IMG/VR virus record: IMGVR_UViG_3300036774_000066
Coordinates: 1 to 64,000 of that record
From: a virus
DNA length: 64,000 nucleotides
Strand: one strand, 5' to 3'
Part shown: piece by piece, positions 60,700-64,000 of the stretch
How positions within the stretch are numbered: position 1 is the stretch's first letter
How the letters are laid out: each line of letters opens with the position of its first letter
Position numbers and translations under genes: made by a program
The notes under the pieces: generated by a model
The model's database searches: none
Told to the model about the DNA's origin: nothing
Seen by the model: the letters and a program-made list of their open reading frames with translations, nothing else

Positions 60700-61067
60700 T
60701 ACTTTTCTTCTTTTTGAGTATAGTCACATAGCGGGTAAGTAGTACATCCCCAAAAAGTCTCCTTTGACAACCTGTTTGTCCTCTGTGTCAAAAATCCCTT
60801 TTTGCATTTCGGACATGGAAAGGCAGTAGAACCTTTTAACCTCAACGCCTCTAAGTTAGTATACTCTACTCTGTTCCGTGCTCCAATTTCACGATACTTC
60901 TCATACTTTCCAGCGGCAATAACCTTCCTTGCCTGAAGAACAGAGGTACACACACCAAGGGCAACCAACTCCTTCTCTCTTTCCCGATCTTCCGTTCTCT
61001 CCCTCTCCCTTTGCTCCTCCTCCATCTCATTTTCCTTCTCTTCCCTTGACATCTGTTTCATTATCAC
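60699..61067 (-). CDS. topoisomerase-type C4 Zn-ribbon protein
   Basis: CPKCKKG....FWGCTTYPLCDYT. Confidence 0.8.
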   Translation of the reverse strand: MIMKQMSREEKENEMEEEQRERERTEDREREKELVALGVCTSVLQARKVIAAGKYEKYREIGARNRVEYTNLEALRLKGSTAFPCPKCKKGFLTQRTNRLSKETFWGCTTYPLCDYTQKEEK

Positions 61068-61269
61068 GCTCTCCGGCAGGAAAAAATAGCGTATTCATTT
61101 CAGCTATAACACCCGCAGACGTAGTAATCTCACCAGACTCAATCTTGGCAACTACCCTCTCGGTATACTCTTTTGCTGTTTCCCTTGACAAACTATCTTC
61201 CGGCATCTCATCAAAAGCATACTTCACAGCATCAATCAAGGTCTTCTTATCCATCCCATTCTCCTTACA

Positions 61270-62115
61270 TTAAAAATCCAAAACCTCATCCGTAGTTTCA
61301 TCAACTACCCTATCAATACGCCTGTCTTCACTCACAACAATAGGCTTTTCTTTCACCTTCCCTCCCCACTTTATCTTACCTCTAATAACGGAAAATGACT
61401 TAGGTAATACTACTGGAAATTTACTTGTGCCAAAATCAAGTATGTCTGCTTTAACAAATACTCTTCGGTATTCCTCATGAGTAACACCCAATAACTTCAT
61501 TGCAGCACAAAAGGATACCACATCGGCACGCTGAAAAAGAGGAGCAATAACCCCATTCAAACGAATGTACTTTTTTCTTCGGTCACTCTCTCCGCACCAC
61601 ACCCCATAATCATAATTTGTAACCCTCTCTGCTATCTTTACCACAGTTTCTACATCCAACACCACTGCACCCTGAATAGACCTACAAATACCCTTCACCA
61701 TTTTCGGGATATTATCAAAACTGTTAGACAATCCCTTTACGTCATACGAGTATAAAATGTAAAATACCCTTGGTGACGTAAAAGGAAACTCATTCTTAAC
61801 CAGCCTTGAGTAAAACTGTATCTGAGTCAAATCTAACAAAGGAGCAGACTTATTTGATCCTTTACTTTCCCAAAGAACATCACTCTTGTTTTTTCTCTTT
61901 CTGCCCCAATCAATAACGTCAGGGTAACTCTCCCAATGCTCCGGCGCATTCTTTACTAATTCTCCCCCTGTAATAAGCGAAGTCACATACTCAAAAGTCT
62001 GCCCCACTATCGTCATTACCGCACCACGGCTGATAAAACGATGAATATGTACTTCATCCTCGTCAAACAACTTAGTCTGTAGAAAATCAGACATCCAAGA
62101 AGGATAGCCCATCAC
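61270..62115 (-). CDS. hypothetical protein
   Basis: 281-aa ORF. Confidence 0.55.
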   Translation of the reverse strand: MMGYPSWMSDFLQTKLFDEDEVHIHRFISRGAVMTIVGQTFEYVTSLITGGELVKNAPEHWESYPDVIDWGRKRKNKSDVLWESKGSNKSAPLLDLTQIQFYSRLVKNEFPFTSPRVFYILYSYDVKGLSNSFDNIPKMVKGICRSIQGAVVLDVETVVKIAERVTNYDYGVWCGESDRRKKYIRLNGVIAPLFQRADVVSFCAAMKLLGVTHEEYRRVFVKADILDFGTSKFPVVLPKSFSVIRGKIKWGGKVKEKPIVVSEDRRIDRVVDETTDEVLDF

Positions 62116-62274
62116 TTTTCCCTACTATACAAACCAAACTCTACCTCAGATATTAACCGATAAGAAATTCCTGCTTTTGTCATAACAGGAACAAGAACAG
62201 GATTAACTGGAAAACGACATACTTTACACCTACCGTTTAATTCAATCTGAGAAGACTTACACAAAGGACAGGTA

Positions 62275-62982
62275 TCATCGTGCATACAACTTGATCTCCT
62301 CTATCAGTTGATCTCTCACCATACAGGTATCAGAATCGACCCCGTTTCTTGACACATGCTCAATCCAATCACCAGGGTCTTTATACGGCTGGCCCATACT
62401 GGTAACATGACAAGTAACATCATACCTTTTCAAGTTTTTAGTAGAAACTTCTGCTCCCTTACTTCCTGCCTCATCGTTATCCTTGAAGTAAACCACCTTA
62501 TTTGTAAACAAGGAAATCAGTTGCGCCTGATAGTCATTTATATGATTCGTCAAACAGGCGTAAGAAAAAGGCCAAACACATGACAAAGACTCTGCATCCA
62601 AAACTCCCTCAGAAAAAACCATAATCGTCCCATAAACAAACATCTCCCCCTTCATGGGACTCAGCATTGATCTAAGGGAACTGTATAGGTAAACCGAAGA
62701 ATAGGACAGCAGCATGAAATTCTTATCTGCCAACGACCGAAAAGCATACCCAAAAACCACCTGTCCAAAAGTCAACGGATACATCACGCAAGGACCAACA
62801 GACCGTATGAAATTTGCAATGTAAGAATCATCGTATTTAACATCAAAAGGAGTGACTACCTTCAGGTGATTCAAGTTAAAGGCTCGCGCCACAACTGCCC
62901 ACTTTGCATCAGCATTAAACTGAGACAGTAGCGGCAACCTGTCATAAGCCTCCTCAAAACGCTTTACAATCTCAAAACTCAT
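62275..62982 (-). CDS. DnaG-like primase TOPRIM domain
   Basis: SEGVLDA, KDNDEAG, YKDPGD. Confidence 0.8.
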   Translation of the reverse strand: MSFEIVKRFEEAYDRLPLLSQFNADAKWAVVARAFNLNHLKVVTPFDVKYDDSYIANFIRSVGPCVMYPLTFGQVVFGYAFRSLADKNFMLLSYSSVYLYSSLRSMLSPMKGEMFVYGTIMVFSEGVLDAESLSCVWPFSYACLTNHINDYQAQLISLFTNKVVYFKDNDEAGSKGAEVSTKNLKRYDVTCHVTSMGQPYKDPGDWIEHVSRNGVDSDTCMVRDQLIEEIKLYAR

Positions 62983-62985
62983 AGG

Positions 62986-63375
62986 CTATTTTGCCATAAT
63001 TGAATCAATAGAGCGAATGAACTTGTCAAGATAGCTTCCAAACTCCCCATACAATTCCATCTCTCGCAAATCAGAAAGAAAAACCCAAGAAAATCCTTTC
63101 GTTTCCATGTTAGGAATAACATTCATCAACTGCTTATCTGGAAAATAGGGAAATATCTTTACACTATGAAACACCCTCGGAGTACCAATCCGTATCCCTA
63201 CCAAGGGTATACCCGTTTCTTCAAAAAATTCTCTCTTTGCACAAGACAAATCATCTTCATTTCCCTGTTTCCCTCCACCAAACAACCCAAAAGACCCGTC
63301 CTTCCTCTCTTGCACCATTATCTTCCCATTGTAAATAGGCACAACAAAGCAACCCTTAATCTTTTCCATTGTCAA
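62986..63375 (-). CDS. NUDIX hydrolase
   Basis: GG.K.GNEDDLSCAKREFFEETG Nudix box. Confidence 0.9.
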   Translation of the reverse strand: MTMEKIKGCFVVPIYNGKIMVQERKDGSFGLFGGGKQGNEDDLSCAKREFFEETGIPLVGIRIGTPRVFHSVKIFPYFPDKQLMNVIPNMETKGFSWVFLSDLREMELYGEFGSYLDKFIRSIDSIMAK

Positions 63376-64000
63376 CCTCTTTCTTTTGAGACTTTTTTCT
63401 CAGACTTTGACCCTCAAGGCAGATACAAAAGTTCTTCTTGCCCCAAGGTTTATCGGAGGTATCTAATATTCCACTTCCCCCACAAAGAGTACAACTATCA
63501 ATACCACCATGAGAATAGTACAAATCCCAATACACCCATACAGTAAAGGCATCCCCTCCACTCTTCCTAAACTGCTCTCGTACATCAGAAATAATCATAT
63601 CTTTAAGACTTACTTAACTTGTCAACTTCCACCCATTTTCTATCACCACCAAAAAGTTCTACAATAACGACACTCCCTCTCTCATTGTCAGAAATACCTG
63701 AATTTTCTATCCCTGCAACATGCCCTGTGTAAAGTGTTCCCATTCCATCCCGAAACTCAACAAGAAGACCTACCTTTACTTCTTCTTTTTTCATAATCTC
63801 CCCAATTTCTTGACAATTGCTTTACGGGTGCATAACTCACAAAACCGTGAATCATTCTGCTCATAAACATCAAAGTAGGTATGATTATTACACCCGGCTA
63901 CAGCACAAACTCCCAAACCTTCCCTGAAATACTTAATACGCTGACAAGAAAACTTCGTATAGACATCGAGAAACTTAATCCCGGTCATCGAAGATAGAAA

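Noticed and set aside
919-63546. Numerous + strand ORFs in the track
   Set aside because: They are antisense shadows of minus-strand genes, with no recognisable motifs.
1-64000. Stop-codon reassignment, tRNA genes, introns/inteins
   Set aside because: Terminase, portal and DnaX are intact in the standard code, with TAA, TAG and TGA all used as stops. No cloverleaf or intein motifs were recognised by eye; a tRNAscan run is still advisable.

Overview
A 64 kb segment of a large (jumbo-type, T4-like head module) dsDNA bacteriophage genome. Essentially all credible genes lie on the minus strand in the standard genetic code, and the + strand ORFs in the track are shadows. Left to right: tail/virion genes with a GT2 glycosyltransferase and a methyltransferase (1-10.9 kb); a PurD-like ATP-grasp ligase plus an Asp/Glu racemase; about 18 small genes sharing an LLxxhYE leader, probably capsid-packaged internal proteins (13-22 kb); prohead core-like genes, a gp20-like portal and the terminase large subunit (22-30 kb); a long accessory region (ACP, ASCH, Lar-like, RNAP alpha-CTD mimic, HD protein, sigma- and Mor-like regulators, SPFH); and replication/modification genes (DnaX, two QueC-like, primase TOPRIM, NUDIX). 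The standout is a solitary Cas7/RAMP-fold gene (49872-50546). It is followed 5 nt after its stop codon by a ~0.8 kb non-coding array of ~150 pentamers (NGT-NN on the transcribed strand), punctuated into 26 blocks by a YGGT delimiter. This is a candidate non-CRISPR RNA-guided system of the VIPR type. Also notable: two type III-like CRISPR repeat copies, attC-like inverted arms and a pseudoknotted leader. All family calls are from motif recognition by eye; no database searches were run.
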